DNA of 64,000 nucleotides from Candidatus Adlerbacteria bacterium (GCA_903851045.1 CAINNF010000019.1:47854-111853); one strand, 5' to 3'; shown: positions 1 through 9,484, counted from the stretch's first letter. Numbers and translations: made by a program. Notes: generated by a model from the sequence alone, not told the origin.

Positions 1-90
1 CTCATTTTCTTTTTGAGCTTCAAATATTCCTTTAACCACTGTTTGTGCCCCACCGAGTCCGAGGGAGTCTATGATATGTAATACCTTCAT
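1..90 (-). CDS. Glycosyltransferase family 4, N-terminal fragment (gene continues off the window)
   Basis: Reverse strand from ATG at 88-90 reads MKVLHIIDSLGLGGAQTVVKGIFEAQKENE, the typical GT4 N-terminal Gly-rich motif. Its ATG overlaps the stop of the upstream gene (ATGA). Confidence 0.5.
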   Translation of the reverse strand, partial: MKVLHIIDSLGLGGAQTVVKGIFEAQKENE

Positions 91-1016
91 ACTTTTTTGT
101 GTTGGGACTCAGCTAGCGTATGGAACTCAAATCCTTGCTTTTGAAGATATTGGATCGTTTTTTCTAGCCGCCTCATGAAGAGACGGCTTTCGAACCATGA
201 GCGTACGAACGGTGTCGCCCCTGGTATCACCTCCATGCTGTGGAACATGAGACAAAGGACGACATGGTCTTTGTCCTTGTTCTTTCGCATGAAGTCGTTG
301 ATCAACCTCTTTTGCTCCCAGACGGTCATGTGTGTCGGGCGCAGCCAGCGATAAAAGAGCCATTTGTCGGGGAGAAAGGGAAGTCTCTTTTGCCCGATCG
401 TTATCGGCACCTCCAAGAAACTCGAGTTCTCGTCCTCTTTTGAAAAGTCGGTATGGTCGACCCAATATGGTTGGTCGAGGTATCCTTTAAAGTTAGGGCC
501 ACGCTGGTAGGACCAGTCTATGTTCGGGGTGACGCTGCTGTCGACCGTGTAGCCAAGCTTCATGAGCGAGCGGATCGTGCTGCTGTCTGCACCATAGCGC
601 GCGGCGCGAAAGCTTGTGGGCTTCTTGCCGAATATGTGCGTGAGCCGAGCGTCATAGTTCTTGATCTTTTCGAACTCGACCTCGTCGCTGTAGTCGAAGC
701 AGGCGTAGGCGTTGCTGTCCGAGCCATCGTATACATCGAACTCCTTTTCCGGCTCTACATATTCGCCATGGAGGTGGTTGCCTATCTCGCAACGACCGTC
801 GTCGCTGATCTGCTTTAACACGGCGACTGACTCGGGGTGTTCGGTGACTTCGGGGGAGACGAAGTAGACCGGCCGCACGCCATAGATGTCGAACAATGGT
901 TGCAGGAGCGACTGGACACCCACCGTGACCGAGTTAAACGTGAGCGGGTTGGAGCGAACCCACTTGGTGTCGCAGTCCGGCTCGGTGTCGAGCGTGATTA
1001 TGGCTATCTTCTTCAT
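87..1016 (-). CDS. Polysaccharide deacetylase-like / carbohydrate-esterase-like hypothetical protein
   Basis: 309-aa ORF in an operon of glycosyltransferases. N-terminal ITLDTEPDCD and internal HLHGEY / FHSMEV motifs resemble a deacetylase/glycoside-hydrolase fold, but the family is uncertain. Confidence 0.5.
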   Translation of the reverse strand: MKKIAIITLDTEPDCDTKWVRSNPLTFNSVTVGVQSLLQPLFDIYGVRPVYFVSPEVTEHPESVAVLKQISDDGRCEIGNHLHGEYVEPEKEFDVYDGSDSNAYACFDYSDEVEFEKIKNYDARLTHIFGKKPTSFRAARYGADSSTIRSLMKLGYTVDSSVTPNIDWSYQRGPNFKGYLDQPYWVDHTDFSKEDENSSFLEVPITIGQKRLPFLPDKWLFYRWLRPTHMTVWEQKRLINDFMRKNKDKDHVVLCLMFHSMEVIPGATPFVRSWFESRLFMRRLEKTIQYLQKQGFEFHTLAESQHKKV

Positions 1017-2125
1017 ACAAAATGTCTATACTTTTTTAAAACTTCATCCCACCCATACACCGACCGGACCCGTGCTGCGGCCGCCTCTTGTAGTGTACCT
1101 ACTCTTTCGAGATCTTTCACGAGCGAGTCGAGGGCTGCTTGTAGGCTTTTGCAATCGGCGGGATGAACTAATAGGCCTGCCTCCCCGACGGTTTCGGGAC
1201 AACCGGAGACGTTGGTCGTAACGACTGCACACTCCGCGCACATTGCCTCTAAGAGCGCGATACTTGCGTTCTCTCTCTCGGATGCTAACACATAGATGGC
1301 TGCCTGTTCGAGTAGGTCTTTGTATTCTGTGTCGTTGTTGTCGAGCCAGCCGTGGAAGATGATCTTGGTCTTCGACTGCTTGGCCATCTCCTCGAGCTCG
1401 TGGCGCATGGGGCCGTCACCGGCTATGTGGACCTCCCAGCCGAGGTCTTCGGCCGAGACAGCTTGGATGAGGTATTGGAATCCTTTCATCGGCATCAGCC
1501 GACCAGAGGAGAAGATATAGTTCTTCTTTGGTTGTGGGGTGAACTTGGTGGTGTCTATGCCGTTGGGGATGACGATGATCTTTTGCTCGTCAAAGGTTGG
1601 GTATACCTTGAGTATCTCCGTTTTAAGAAAGTTGGAGGGGGAGATGATGGTGCGCGCATCATTGAGTACCGCCTTCCAATGGCCGACGAGGAGCGGGTAG
1701 AGGTACTTAAAGCGCTTGTTGTAGCCGAGCACATCGCTGCCATGGCTGGTGATGATGTAGTGGAGGCCGAACTCTTTTTTGAGTCGGCGGGCGAGGATGC
1801 CGGTGGGGATGATAAAGTGGGTGTGGCAGAGGTCGAATTTCTCCTTTGTGAGTAGTTGGCGGCACTTGCGGTAGCCCGAGACGAGGTAGGTGAGTTGCTC
1901 CCACGGGTGGGAGAGCTCCTTCTTGCTGCGCCAGGAGCGGACACGGTGGACGCGCAGGTTGGAGTTTATTTCCTCATACCTTGGGAGCCCTTTGTAGTGC
2001 ATCGTCACGACGTCGATGTCGTAGTCGCCCGTCTCGGAGAGCCGCTTGGCCAACTCGTAGCTAACCGGGCTCGCACCGCCGCCGAGCGGTGGGAATTCGT
2101 AGTTGAGGACGAGGAGGCGTTTCAT
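1013..2125 (-). CDS. Glycosyltransferase family 4 (GT-B)
   Basis: 370 aa; N-terminal VLNYEFPPLGGGASPVSYELAKRL and C-terminal E-x7-E region typical of GT4. 4-bp overlaps with both neighbours. Confidence 0.85.
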   Translation of the reverse strand: MKRLLVLNYEFPPLGGGASPVSYELAKRLSETGDYDIDVVTMHYKGLPRYEEINSNLRVHRVRSWRSKKELSHPWEQLTYLVSGYRKCRQLLTKEKFDLCHTHFIIPTGILARRLKKEFGLHYIITSHGSDVLGYNKRFKYLYPLLVGHWKAVLNDARTIISPSNFLKTEILKVYPTFDEQKIIVIPNGIDTTKFTPQPKKNYIFSSGRLMPMKGFQYLIQAVSAEDLGWEVHIAGDGPMRHELEEMAKQSKTKIIFHGWLDNNDTEYKDLLEQAAIYVLASERENASIALLEAMCAECAVVTTNVSGCPETVGEAGLLVHPADCKSLQAALDSLVKDLERVGTLQEAAAARVRSVYGWDEVLKKYRHFV

Positions 2126-3252
2126 TGTGGTTGAGTGGTGGTGAGTAATGTCTCTGGGCGGACGACCTCTGTCTGGGCATCGGGATACAACTTCTTGAAT
2201 TGTTTGAAGGAGACCTCTTCGTTACCCAACTTGCACTCGTATGCACGCAGGTCGCGTGCCCGGTCGAGTATGAAGTCGATCTCAAGTCCCTTCCATGTGC
2301 GCCAAAACTGTATGTTTGGGCCGAATGTCTCTAGGTTCGCTGTCTTGAGTAGTTCGGTAAAGACGAACTGCTCGAACACGAACCCCTTGTCTGTGCGCGT
2401 ATCGACTTGGCTGAGGTCGTTGATGATAGCATTGCGAACTCCACAGTCCAGGAAGAATACTTTAAAGGATCGACGTAGTTCGTTTCGTTTATTGCGTGAA
2501 AAGGAGTGGACACGACGGATCACGTACGCCTGTTCGAGGAGGCGAATATATTTTTCGACCGTGGGGCGGCTGATCGAGAGACTTTGAGCTAGCTCGTTCG
2601 TAGATACTACCGAGCCGACTTGGTGCGCCAGCAACTTGAGCAGAGTCTCAAAGTGGAGCGGGCTTTTTATCTTCTCGAATGTGAATATGTCCTTGTACAG
2701 ATAGCTTGTGGTGATGTTTTTGAGTATCTGCTCCTTTTGTGATACGTCGGACTCGGCGACGACCCCGGGGTATGACCCAAAGCGCATGAGCGTGTGCAGC
2801 ATGTTACGGTCCACTGTTTGGGCAGAACGTATCTCTTCGAGCGAAAGGGGGAGTAGTGTAAAGGCAAACGCTCGACCCGTGAGCGGCTCGTTTATCTTGT
2901 TGGCAAGGTCAAAGGACGAGGAGCCCGTCGCTATGATCTGGATGCCTGGGTAAGTGTCGACAAAAAGCTTGAGGATGGCCCCTATGTTTTCGACCGTTTG
3001 GGCCTCGTCGAGGACGACCAGCTTATGGTCGCCGACGAGTTCTCGCAGCTTCTTTGATACGCCGACGACAAGATGCTCTCGTACCGACATCTCCTCACAG
3101 TTAAAGTAGGCAGCGGGGTTGCCGTGCTTTGCGAGCAGCTTTTTTGCGAGAGTGGTCTTGCCTGCTTGGCGAGGGCCAAAAATGAGCAGTATTTTACCAG
3201 AACCTATATTTTTTGAGATTTGCTCCTCTATTTTACGTTGGAAAATAAGCAT
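2122..3252 (-). CDS. AAA+ ATPase (COG1373/DUF4143-type)
   Basis: Walker A GPRQAGKTTLAKKL and Walker B LVVLDEAQ; the C-terminal region matches the DUF4143-like architecture. Confidence 0.75.
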   Translation of the reverse strand: MLIFQRKIEEQISKNIGSGKILLIFGPRQAGKTTLAKKLLAKHGNPAAYFNCEEMSVREHLVVGVSKKLRELVGDHKLVVLDEAQTVENIGAILKLFVDTYPGIQIIATGSSSFDLANKINEPLTGRAFAFTLLPLSLEEIRSAQTVDRNMLHTLMRFGSYPGVVAESDVSQKEQILKNITTSYLYKDIFTFEKIKSPLHFETLLKLLAHQVGSVVSTNELAQSLSISRPTVEKYIRLLEQAYVIRRVHSFSRNKRNELRRSFKVFFLDCGVRNAIINDLSQVDTRTDKGFVFEQFVFTELLKTANLETFGPNIQFWRTWKGLEIDFILDRARDLRAYECKLGNEEVSFKQFKKLYPDAQTEVVRPETLLTTTQPQ

Positions 3253-3354
3253 ATTTATTAAAAAAGAAGTTTTTGCATTATTTATTGCATTTTCTACTTT
3301 TTTTAACCATATCAGTATATAAGTAGTCGCACAAGATTGTGCTAGGACGACAGA

Positions 3355-4305
3355 TCATCGCTTTATGACCTCCCGGACGTAGTAGCGGCGTTCGTTGGGG
3401 GAGGTGGCGAGTTGGATGCGGATCAGGAGGTCGATGATGATCCCGAAGCTAAAGAGGAGTATGCCCGCGAGGAGGAAGAAGAAGCTGAGGAAGAACCATC
3501 CATTGCGGTTGAGCGAGAGGCCGAGGAATAGTTTGCCATAGAAGGTCCACGCGAAGGAGACGGCGCTCATGGCGTAGGCGACGAAGCTGAGGTAGCCATA
3601 GAGGTGGAGCGGGCGCTGGGAGTACTTGTGGATGAACCAGATATAGACGAGGTCGATAAGGCCGCGCAGCGCCTTAGAGGGGCCGTATTTGCTCACCCCG
3701 TGGACGCGCGCGCGGTCGGTGACGACCAGCTCGCCGATAGTGAAGCCTTTCCACTTTAGGAGCGCGAGGATGTAGCGGTGCATCTCGCCGCCGATGTCGA
3801 GGCTCTGGACGGCGGCGCGGGTGTAGACGCGTAGGGTGCAGCCGGTGTCGTGGACGATGTCGCTGATGAGTAGGCGGCGCAGCATGCGGCCGATGCGGGT
3901 GAGGATGCGCACTTGGGCGTTGTCGCTGCGGGACTTGCGCCAGCCGGCGACGACGTCGAGGTTTTCTGTACGCATCTTGGCAAGCAGGCGGGGGATGTCG
4001 TGGGGGTCGTTTTGGCCGTCGCCGTCTAGCGATATGACGACTGCGCCCGTGGCCGCCTTAAAGCCCGCGTCTAGCGCGACCGCTTGGCCATAGTTGCGAC
4101 TGAGGTTGATGATCGTGACGTTGGTGAGCGCCTTGAGCTCTTGGAGCGAGCCGTCGGTGGAGCCGTCGTTGATGTAAATGACCTCGAAGGGCTGACCCAG
4201 CGAGGCGAGCACCTCTTGGAGTTCGGTATTAAGCCGGGGGATATTACCGGCTTCGTTGTATATCGGCACGACGGCAGAGAGTGACGGGTGTTCGGGGTTT
4301 GTCAT
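3355..4305 (-). CDS. GT2 polyprenol-phosphate glycosyltransferase (DPM1/ArnC/GtrB-like) with C-terminal TM helices
   Basis: SAVVPIYNEAGNI, YINDGSTDGS and DGDGQNDP motifs; hydrophobic C-terminus. Confidence 0.85.
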   Translation of the reverse strand: MTNPEHPSLSAVVPIYNEAGNIPRLNTELQEVLASLGQPFEVIYINDGSTDGSLQELKALTNVTIINLSRNYGQAVALDAGFKAATGAVVISLDGDGQNDPHDIPRLLAKMRTENLDVVAGWRKSRSDNAQVRILTRIGRMLRRLLISDIVHDTGCTLRVYTRAAVQSLDIGGEMHRYILALLKWKGFTIGELVVTDRARVHGVSKYGPSKALRGLIDLVYIWFIHKYSQRPLHLYGYLSFVAYAMSAVSFAWTFYGKLFLGLSLNRNGWFFLSFFFLLAGILLFSFGIIIDLLIRIQLATSPNERRYYVREVIKR

Positions 4306-4351
4306 AGGTATGCGACCATACTACATCATTATATTCAATAAGTAAAGGGGT

Positions 4352-4582
4352 TTGCATAGTTTTTTGCCAATGTGCTACACTTGTTGCATGGCTACGGTTA
4401 CCAAAAGACAAAAGGCTTTGAGTCCCAGCGTCAAGGCTTTTATCGTCGAGGCGGTGTATGAGGCGCTGAACGACCCTGACCGAGGTTTAGACTTGTCCGA
4501 AGAGACGAAGCGAAGGCTTGCTGGCGCGCAGACGAAGCAGGCGAGGGTATCTCTTGCTGACGTTAAGAAGAAACTCTATTAA
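4352..4582 (+). CDS. Putative antitoxin partner of the RelE/ParE toxin (alternative start 4388)
   Basis: Small ORF ending 19 nt upstream of the RelE-like gene; basic/helical C-terminus. Family not recognised. Confidence 0.45.
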   Translation: MHSFLPMCYTCCMATVTKRQKALSPSVKAFIVEAVYEALNDPDRGLDLSEETKRRLAGAQTKQARVSLADVKKKLY

Positions 4583-4600
4583 CACTGAACGACGAGGCGT

Positions 4601-4867
4601 ATGTGGCGAGTGGAGTTAACGTACAAAGCCCAACAGGATCTTGCGAATCTCGACCGTCCTGTGCGTCGTCACATCATAGAGCGGCTCGAGTGGTTCGCAG
4701 AAAACTTTACTTCGACACAGCCGTCTCCTCTGCATGCAGACTGGAAGGGTTTTTATAAGGTGCGTTTTAGCAGTTGGCGAGTGGTCTATAGTTTTAGCAC
4801 AAGAGACAGTTGCATAACAGTTCACTACATCGATCGTCGCGATAAGGTGTACAAACGGCGTCTCTAG
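4601..4867 (+). CDS. RelE/ParE-family type II toxin (plasmid stabilization system protein)
   Basis: 88 aa, MWRVELTYKAQQDLANLDRPVRRHIIERLEW...WRVVY...RRDKVY; classic RelE/StbE pattern. Confidence 0.8.
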   Translation: MWRVELTYKAQQDLANLDRPVRRHIIERLEWFAENFTSTQPSPLHADWKGFYKVRFSSWRVVYSFSTRDSCITVHYIDRRDKVYKRRL

Positions 4868-4875
4868 GAGGGTTG

Positions 4876-4903
4876 TTGCTATATATAAAATACGTGGTAT
4901 AGT
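4876..4903 (+). promoter_or_regulatory. Sigma-70-like promoter, TTGCTA-16-TATAGT
   Basis: -35 TTGCTA at 4876-4881 and -10 TATAGT at 4898-4903, 16-nt spacer, upstream of the 4933 ORF. Confidence 0.4.
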
Positions 4904-4932
4904 GTTACTAGTTTCAAGAAAGGTGTGTGTTC

Positions 4933-5187
4933 ATGGTACCAGTACCGCAGGAGGCCGAGGGTATCGCCCGAGAGATCGGGAGCAACAATCTGGCGGTCGT
5001 GCTCCAGAGGTGTCGCGAGCTTGGACTGGATGGCGAAACGCTGCTGCTTATCCTGTATGGGCGGCTGATGCAGCGTCACCATACTGGCGTGTTGTCGTAT
5101 GACCAGGTACAAGCCTTCGAACAAAGGCTTGGGCTGAGTGCCGACACGTATCATGAGTGGAGACTCCTGGTCAAAGAGGCGCTCTAG
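4933..5187 (+). CDS. Hypothetical protein
   Basis: ATG at 4933 preceded by AAAGGTG; no recognisable domain. Confidence 0.4.
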   Translation: MVPVPQEAEGIAREIGSNNLAVVLQRCRELGLDGETLLLILYGRLMQRHHTGVLSYDQVQAFEQRLGLSADTYHEWRLLVKEAL

Positions 5188-5339
5188 TGGTCCTAACAAG
5201 CGACCAACCCAACACCTAGTGCGACCAACTACCCTAAGGCCGGGACGACTTTTGTCCCGGCTTTTTTCTTTGGTACAAGGGTTGTCCTTGTAGGGACGGG
5301 TTCGTGTGGAAAATTTTGACAATATGCTATACTACTGGC

Positions 5340-5555
5340 ATGAAAACTGCGCACTCATATCGTTTTCCTATCGTGCTCGAAAAAGACGAGCATGGCTACT
5401 TCGTGTCCTGCCCAGCCCTCCAGGGTTGTTATAGCCAGGGCGATACGTACGAAGAGGCGCTCGCCAACATTCAAGACGCTATACGGCTACATGTTGAGGA
5501 TCGCCTCGCCGAAAAGGAGAGGATCGAGGATCCCAAAGTTTTAAAAGTATTTTAG
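5340..5555 (+). CDS. HicB-like antitoxin (UPF0150 family), orphan
   Basis: MKTAHSYRFPIVLEKDEHGYFVSCPALQGCYSQGDTYEEALANIQDAIRLHVE is the typical HicB/UPF0150 N-terminal domain. No HicA gene recognised nearby. Confidence 0.6.
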   Translation: MKTAHSYRFPIVLEKDEHGYFVSCPALQGCYSQGDTYEEALANIQDAIRLHVEDRLAEKERIEDPKVLKVF

Positions 5556-5618
5556 ACGAGACAGGACTTTTCTCAGAAGATTTTATATAGAATCCGTACA
5601 AGGATAAACCTTGTACTA

Positions 5619-7121
5619 CTAGAAGCGGTAGACCCAGATGTGGGAGTAGTCGTTGACTTGGTCGTCGTAGGCGAGTGGGAGCGAGTGGATGTAGGCGAGG
5701 GTGTCGTCGGGGAGGCGGCCGCTTTCGGCCATCGTGTCGAGGACAAGGTAGCCGTGGTGGGTCGCGGTGATAGCTTGGAGGTCGGCGAGGTCGCGCAGCG
5801 TGTCGGCACCGACGTAGAACTCGCGCTCGCCCGCGACCTCTTGGCGCTTGGTGTCGAAGCCAAGGTAGTCGTAGGCGAGCCAGTAGCCTGGTTGCCCGAG
5901 GAAGATGTTGTTGAACTGCGGCTGTGTGGAGATGGTGATGTCGCCGTCTTGTTGGTGGGTTTTGATATAGGCGTAGGCGCCGCTCCAGTTGGGCTGGGGT
6001 GTATAGGCGTAGTAAGGGCGGCCGGGCATCGTGGCGGGGTCGTCGGCCTCCAGTAGATAGAAGTTGCGCGGGACAAGCACACTAAAGCCCAGCCCAAAGA
6101 AGAGCCCCAGGAGCGCGACGACAAGTAGTACCTTTTCATATCGATGGCGCAGGAGTGCGACAACCTCGAGCGCACCCACGGCCGCGAGCAGGTAGAGCGC
6201 GGGCGTCACCTGAAAGAGGTATCGGTACTCCACGACGTTAGTGAGGAAGGCGAGCGGCAGCAAGTACGCAAAGATGATACATAGGAGCAGATAGACCCCT
6301 TTGGTGTTCGCGGTGCGCAATGTCGCGACTATCGCGAGGAGTAGGAAGGGCCAGTAGGTGCGGATATAAAAACTGCTGTAGTAGGGGAGCACGTAGTGCG
6401 GGTGGATCATCCCGAGCAGGCCGAAGAAGAGTCCTGGCAGTAACACCCAAAGGAGTGCGACCGTTGCGATAGGTAGCGTCAGTAGCGCGAGGAGGTCGCC
6501 CCATGAGCGCATTTTTGTACCGAGCCAGTCCGCCACGAGCCACGCGATGAAGATGATCGGCAACAGATACCCCAGCGCGTGTGTGTAGACGGCAAGGAGC
6601 GTCGCGACGACGCTGCCTGCGCCCCAGAGCAGTCGATACCGCTTCGTATAGAGCGTCTGGTAGAAGCACAGCACCGCAAGCCAAAAGAAGACCTCGAAGA
6701 GCGTGTACCACCGCGCCTGGCGCGACCACGCCACCTGCCAGTAGGAGAAGGTGACGAGCCCTGCGGTGACGAGCCCCGTGGTCGTACCGAAGAAGGCGCG
6801 ACCAACAAAAAAGAGAACGAGGATAAGTACCGTGCCCGCGATGACCGACAACAGACGATATGCGAAGGCATTTTCGCCCAGCGCGTGGGCGAGGGAGGCA
6901 GTAGGGTAGCAGTAGAGGGGGCAGGAGTACGTGTGGCCGGAGTTAAGTACCGAGCTGCCGTGGTCGACGATAGCCATCACCGCGTTGACCGTGTAGCCTT
7001 CGTCCATCCAGTAGGACTGGTGGGAGAGTTGGTACACGCGAAGTGTCGCCCCAGACAGCATAAGGGCGCACAGGAGCGCGACCGTCCACCAACGGGTGGG
7101 TACTTGCATTATTTTGCGCAT
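5619..7121 (-). CDS. GT-C membrane glycosyltransferase, PMT/ArnT (GT39/GT83-like) family
   Basis: 500 aa, multi-TM, N-terminal YWMDEGYT loop motif typical of dolichyl/undecaprenyl-phosphate-sugar dependent GT-C enzymes. Confidence 0.7.
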   Translation of the reverse strand: MRKIMQVPTRWWTVALLCALMLSGATLRVYQLSHQSYWMDEGYTVNAVMAIVDHGSSVLNSGHTYSCPLYCYPTASLAHALGENAFAYRLLSVIAGTVLILVLFFVGRAFFGTTTGLVTAGLVTFSYWQVAWSRQARWYTLFEVFFWLAVLCFYQTLYTKRYRLLWGAGSVVATLLAVYTHALGYLLPIIFIAWLVADWLGTKMRSWGDLLALLTLPIATVALLWVLLPGLFFGLLGMIHPHYVLPYYSSFYIRTYWPFLLLAIVATLRTANTKGVYLLLCIIFAYLLPLAFLTNVVEYRYLFQVTPALYLLAAVGALEVVALLRHRYEKVLLVVALLGLFFGLGFSVLVPRNFYLLEADDPATMPGRPYYAYTPQPNWSGAYAYIKTHQQDGDITISTQPQFNNIFLGQPGYWLAYDYLGFDTKRQEVAGEREFYVGADTLRDLADLQAITATHHGYLVLDTMAESGRLPDDTLAYIHSLPLAYDDQVNDYSHIWVYRF

Positions 7122-7144
7122 GATGTAGAGTCTACCCGCATATT

Positions 7145-7603
7145 ATGAAACACGCCACAAACTTTAGAAAGGCCCCCTTTATTATAACAGTGTCCGTTGC
7201 CTTGTTCGCGGTGTCTTTATTTGGTTTTACGACCGCGTACGGCTACGGCAGTAGTGGCAGTTATGGCGGGGGTGGTGGCGGTGGCGTCTTTTCTGGACCA
7301 TACTCGGTCGGGTACCAGGTGACTCCGACGACCCCAACCACCGGTGGCGAGGTGCTTGGCGCTTCGACCTACAACTTTCGCACCAACTTCGGCTACGGAG
7401 CGAACGGTGAGGATGTGGTGCAGCTTCAAACTCTTTTAAAGGCTGAAGGGTTCTTCACGGGTCCTGTCACGGGGCACTTTCGCGGACTGACGTTCGCAGC
7501 GGTCAAGAAGTTCCAGGCGGCGAACCATATCCTCCCTCGCAGCGGCTTTGTCGGACCTCTGACACGCGCGGTACTCAACAAGGGTATCATCTCGACCAAC
7601 TAA
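7145..7603 (+). CDS. Secreted/anchored protein with peptidoglycan-binding domain (PG_binding_1)
   Basis: N-terminal TM segment, Gly-rich linker, C-terminal GEDVVQLQTLLKAEGFFTGPVTGHFRGLTFAAVKKFQAANHI PG-binding motif. Confidence 0.7.
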   Translation: MKHATNFRKAPFIITVSVALFAVSLFGFTTAYGYGSSGSYGGGGGGGVFSGPYSVGYQVTPTTPTTGGEVLGASTYNFRTNFGYGANGEDVVQLQTLLKAEGFFTGPVTGHFRGLTFAAVKKFQAANHILPRSGFVGPLTRAVLNKGIISTN

Positions 7604-7695
7604 CGTTTTACACGCTTCGGCGTGTGACGACACACCAACACCTTGTTGGCTAGTGTTGCATGGAGCATCATATATATAGTACAGTCTATGTATAT

Positions 7696-8538
7696 ATGAA
7701 GAATATTGCTATTGGATTCAGAAAGACTTCTATTATTGTTGCGGCTTCGATAGTGTTGTTCTCGGTCTCTTTGTTCGGGTTCACGACCGCGTACGGCTAT
7801 GGCAGCGGCGGCAAGGTCACGCTCTGCTACCAGGGCAGCACCCGCACCGTGAACGCCAACCAGGCAGACAGACTTATCGCGCTTGGTGCGACGGTGGGCG
7901 CCTGTACGCCCCCGGGCACGCTCGTTATCACCAAGACCTCGGTAAACGGTGACGGGAACTTTAGCTTTTACAGTAACAACGGCAATCTCGCGGACTTTAA
8001 GATCAAGACCAAGAACGGTACCGGCTCGATAACGCTCTCGCTGCCGCACGGCTCCTATAATATCGTCGAGAAGACCCAAAAGGACTGGACCCAGGTGAGT
8101 AACACCTGTGCACAGGTGACGATCGTCTCTGGCCAAACCGCGACCTGTACTATCGTCAACCAAGAGACGCTCCGCCCCGGCTCTATCAGCGGGACGACCT
8201 ACAACGACCTCACCGGTAAGGGGAACACCAACTCCTTTCAGAAGCTCGTCAACGCGCGTGGTGGTGTGACCGTCTACCTCGACACCAACAACAGCGGCAC
8301 GCTCGACGCGGGTGAGCCGACCCAGGTCACGAACACTTTGGGCCAGTACACATTCAGCAATCTCCCGCCGAACGTGACCTACCATGTGCGCGAGGTGGTA
8401 CCGACCGGCTACACCCTGACCTACCCACCTGACCACGTATACAACGAGTTCATCGCCTCGGGACAGAACGAGACCTATGACGACTTCGCGAACTACCTCC
8501 CGTCGCGACAGCACCACTGGTGGGATCGATTCCTCTAA
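7696..8538 (+). CDS. Secreted protein with SdrD-B/Cna-B-like (prealbumin-fold) repeats
   Basis: N-terminus parallels the 7145 gene (…SLFGFTTAYGYGSGG). Contains GQYTFSNLPPNVTYHVREVVPTGYTLTYPP, typical of SdrD B-like domains. Start chosen by parallelism; the ORF extends to 7660. Confidence 0.65.
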   Translation: MKNIAIGFRKTSIIVAASIVLFSVSLFGFTTAYGYGSGGKVTLCYQGSTRTVNANQADRLIALGATVGACTPPGTLVITKTSVNGDGNFSFYSNNGNLADFKIKTKNGTGSITLSLPHGSYNIVEKTQKDWTQVSNTCAQVTIVSGQTATCTIVNQETLRPGSISGTTYNDLTGKGNTNSFQKLVNARGGVTVYLDTNNSGTLDAGEPTQVTNTLGQYTFSNLPPNVTYHVREVVPTGYTLTYPPDHVYNEFIASGQNETYDDFANYLPSRQHHWWDRFL

Positions 8539-8548
8539 TAGCAAGCGT

Positions 8549-8580
8549 TAAAAAACCGGCACTCGCCGGTTTTTTTGTTT
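8549..8580 (+). terminator. Rho-independent terminator
   Basis: aaaaaaCCGGCactcGCCGGttttttt hairpin plus U-tract directly after the 7696-8538 gene. Confidence 0.7.
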
Positions 8581-8661
8581 GTCTCTCGTGTGTGCATTTG
8601 ATACTATCTCTGCAGAGCAAGAATCCTTCTTGCTTGGGTCTTTGTTGCTAGGGAGAGCGAC

Positions 8662-9009
8662 ATGTTCCGTACCTTGAGCGCAGCGCTGGTCATCGTGACC
8701 GCTTTGCTGCTCGGCTCGACGTCCGCGCGTGCAGGTGAGTATGACAACTACGACCGCACCGTCACGTTCCGCAACTTTAGCTATGTCGACATCGTCGCGA
8801 TCTACATCTCGAATGTCGGCAGCAATAGTTGGGGTTCCAATTTGCTCAGACGCAATCAGTATGTGGGTGCGCGAAGCGAGGTGGATGTCGACCTGGATGA
8901 CGGGACGGGCTACTGCCGCTTCGATATCAAGGTGGTGTTTCGAGACGGGACTGTCGCCATTAAACAGGGCATGAATGCTTGCACGGTCGGTGTTTTGAAC
9001 ATCAACTAG
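8662..9009 (+). CDS. Small secreted hypothetical protein
   Basis: Signal peptide MFRTLSAALVIVTALLLGSTSARA; GGGAGAG RBS upstream. Confidence 0.5.
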   Translation: MFRTLSAALVIVTALLLGSTSARAGEYDNYDRTVTFRNFSYVDIVAIYISNVGSNSWGSNLLRRNQYVGARSEVDVDLDDGTGYCRFDIKVVFRDGTVAIKQGMNACTVGVLNIN

Positions 9010-9196
9010 GGTCCACGGTCTTTTGCTCGAGTGCGGCCTCGCCGTTGCTACACCATCTTCACGCTTCGGCGTGCGGATGGTTTTTTTATGCAGCTGTGGA
9101 CAAGGGTATTGACTATGTTATGGAACAGTGATACTAAAAAACAGGAGTGCGGTCTTTGCGGGTGTGCTCCTGTGCATAACAGAAAAGGATACGGTG

Positions 9197-9484
9197 ATGA
9201 TCGATCGTAAGATCCATCAGCTCGGCGCCTTTGGCTTGCCGGAGGTCGAACACGTGCCATACCTGTTGCCGGATGATGAGGGTTCGGGGGTGGCTCTGTG
9301 CGTGCGGCGGAAGGTCTTCTCTCCGCATGGCAGATACACGACGCTCTACTATCACACCGATGGTGTTTGGCGTCCGCATCTGACATCCGAAGGGGGGCTG
9401 ACCGGTGTCTTCTTGAGTTTCGCAGCTGCGGAAGCGGTTCGAGACGAAGAGCGGGCGAAGTTCATACGGTCCTGCGCCGCATAA
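9197..9484 (+). CDS. Hypothetical protein
   Basis: ATG at 9197 with AAAAGGA RBS; no domain recognised. A possible second small ORF 9514-9657 has a strong GGGAGAGGG RBS. Confidence 0.35.
   Translation: MIDRKIHQLGAFGLPEVEHVPYLLPDDEGSGVALCVRRKVFSPHGRYTTLYYHTDGVWRPHLTSEGGLTGVFLSFAAAEAVRDEERAKFIRSCAA

Noticed and set aside
5188-5339. HicA toxin partner upstream of the HicB-like gene
   Set aside because: No ORF of suitable size or HicA-like sequence lies in the 150-bp gap, and the 4933-5187 product does not resemble HicA.
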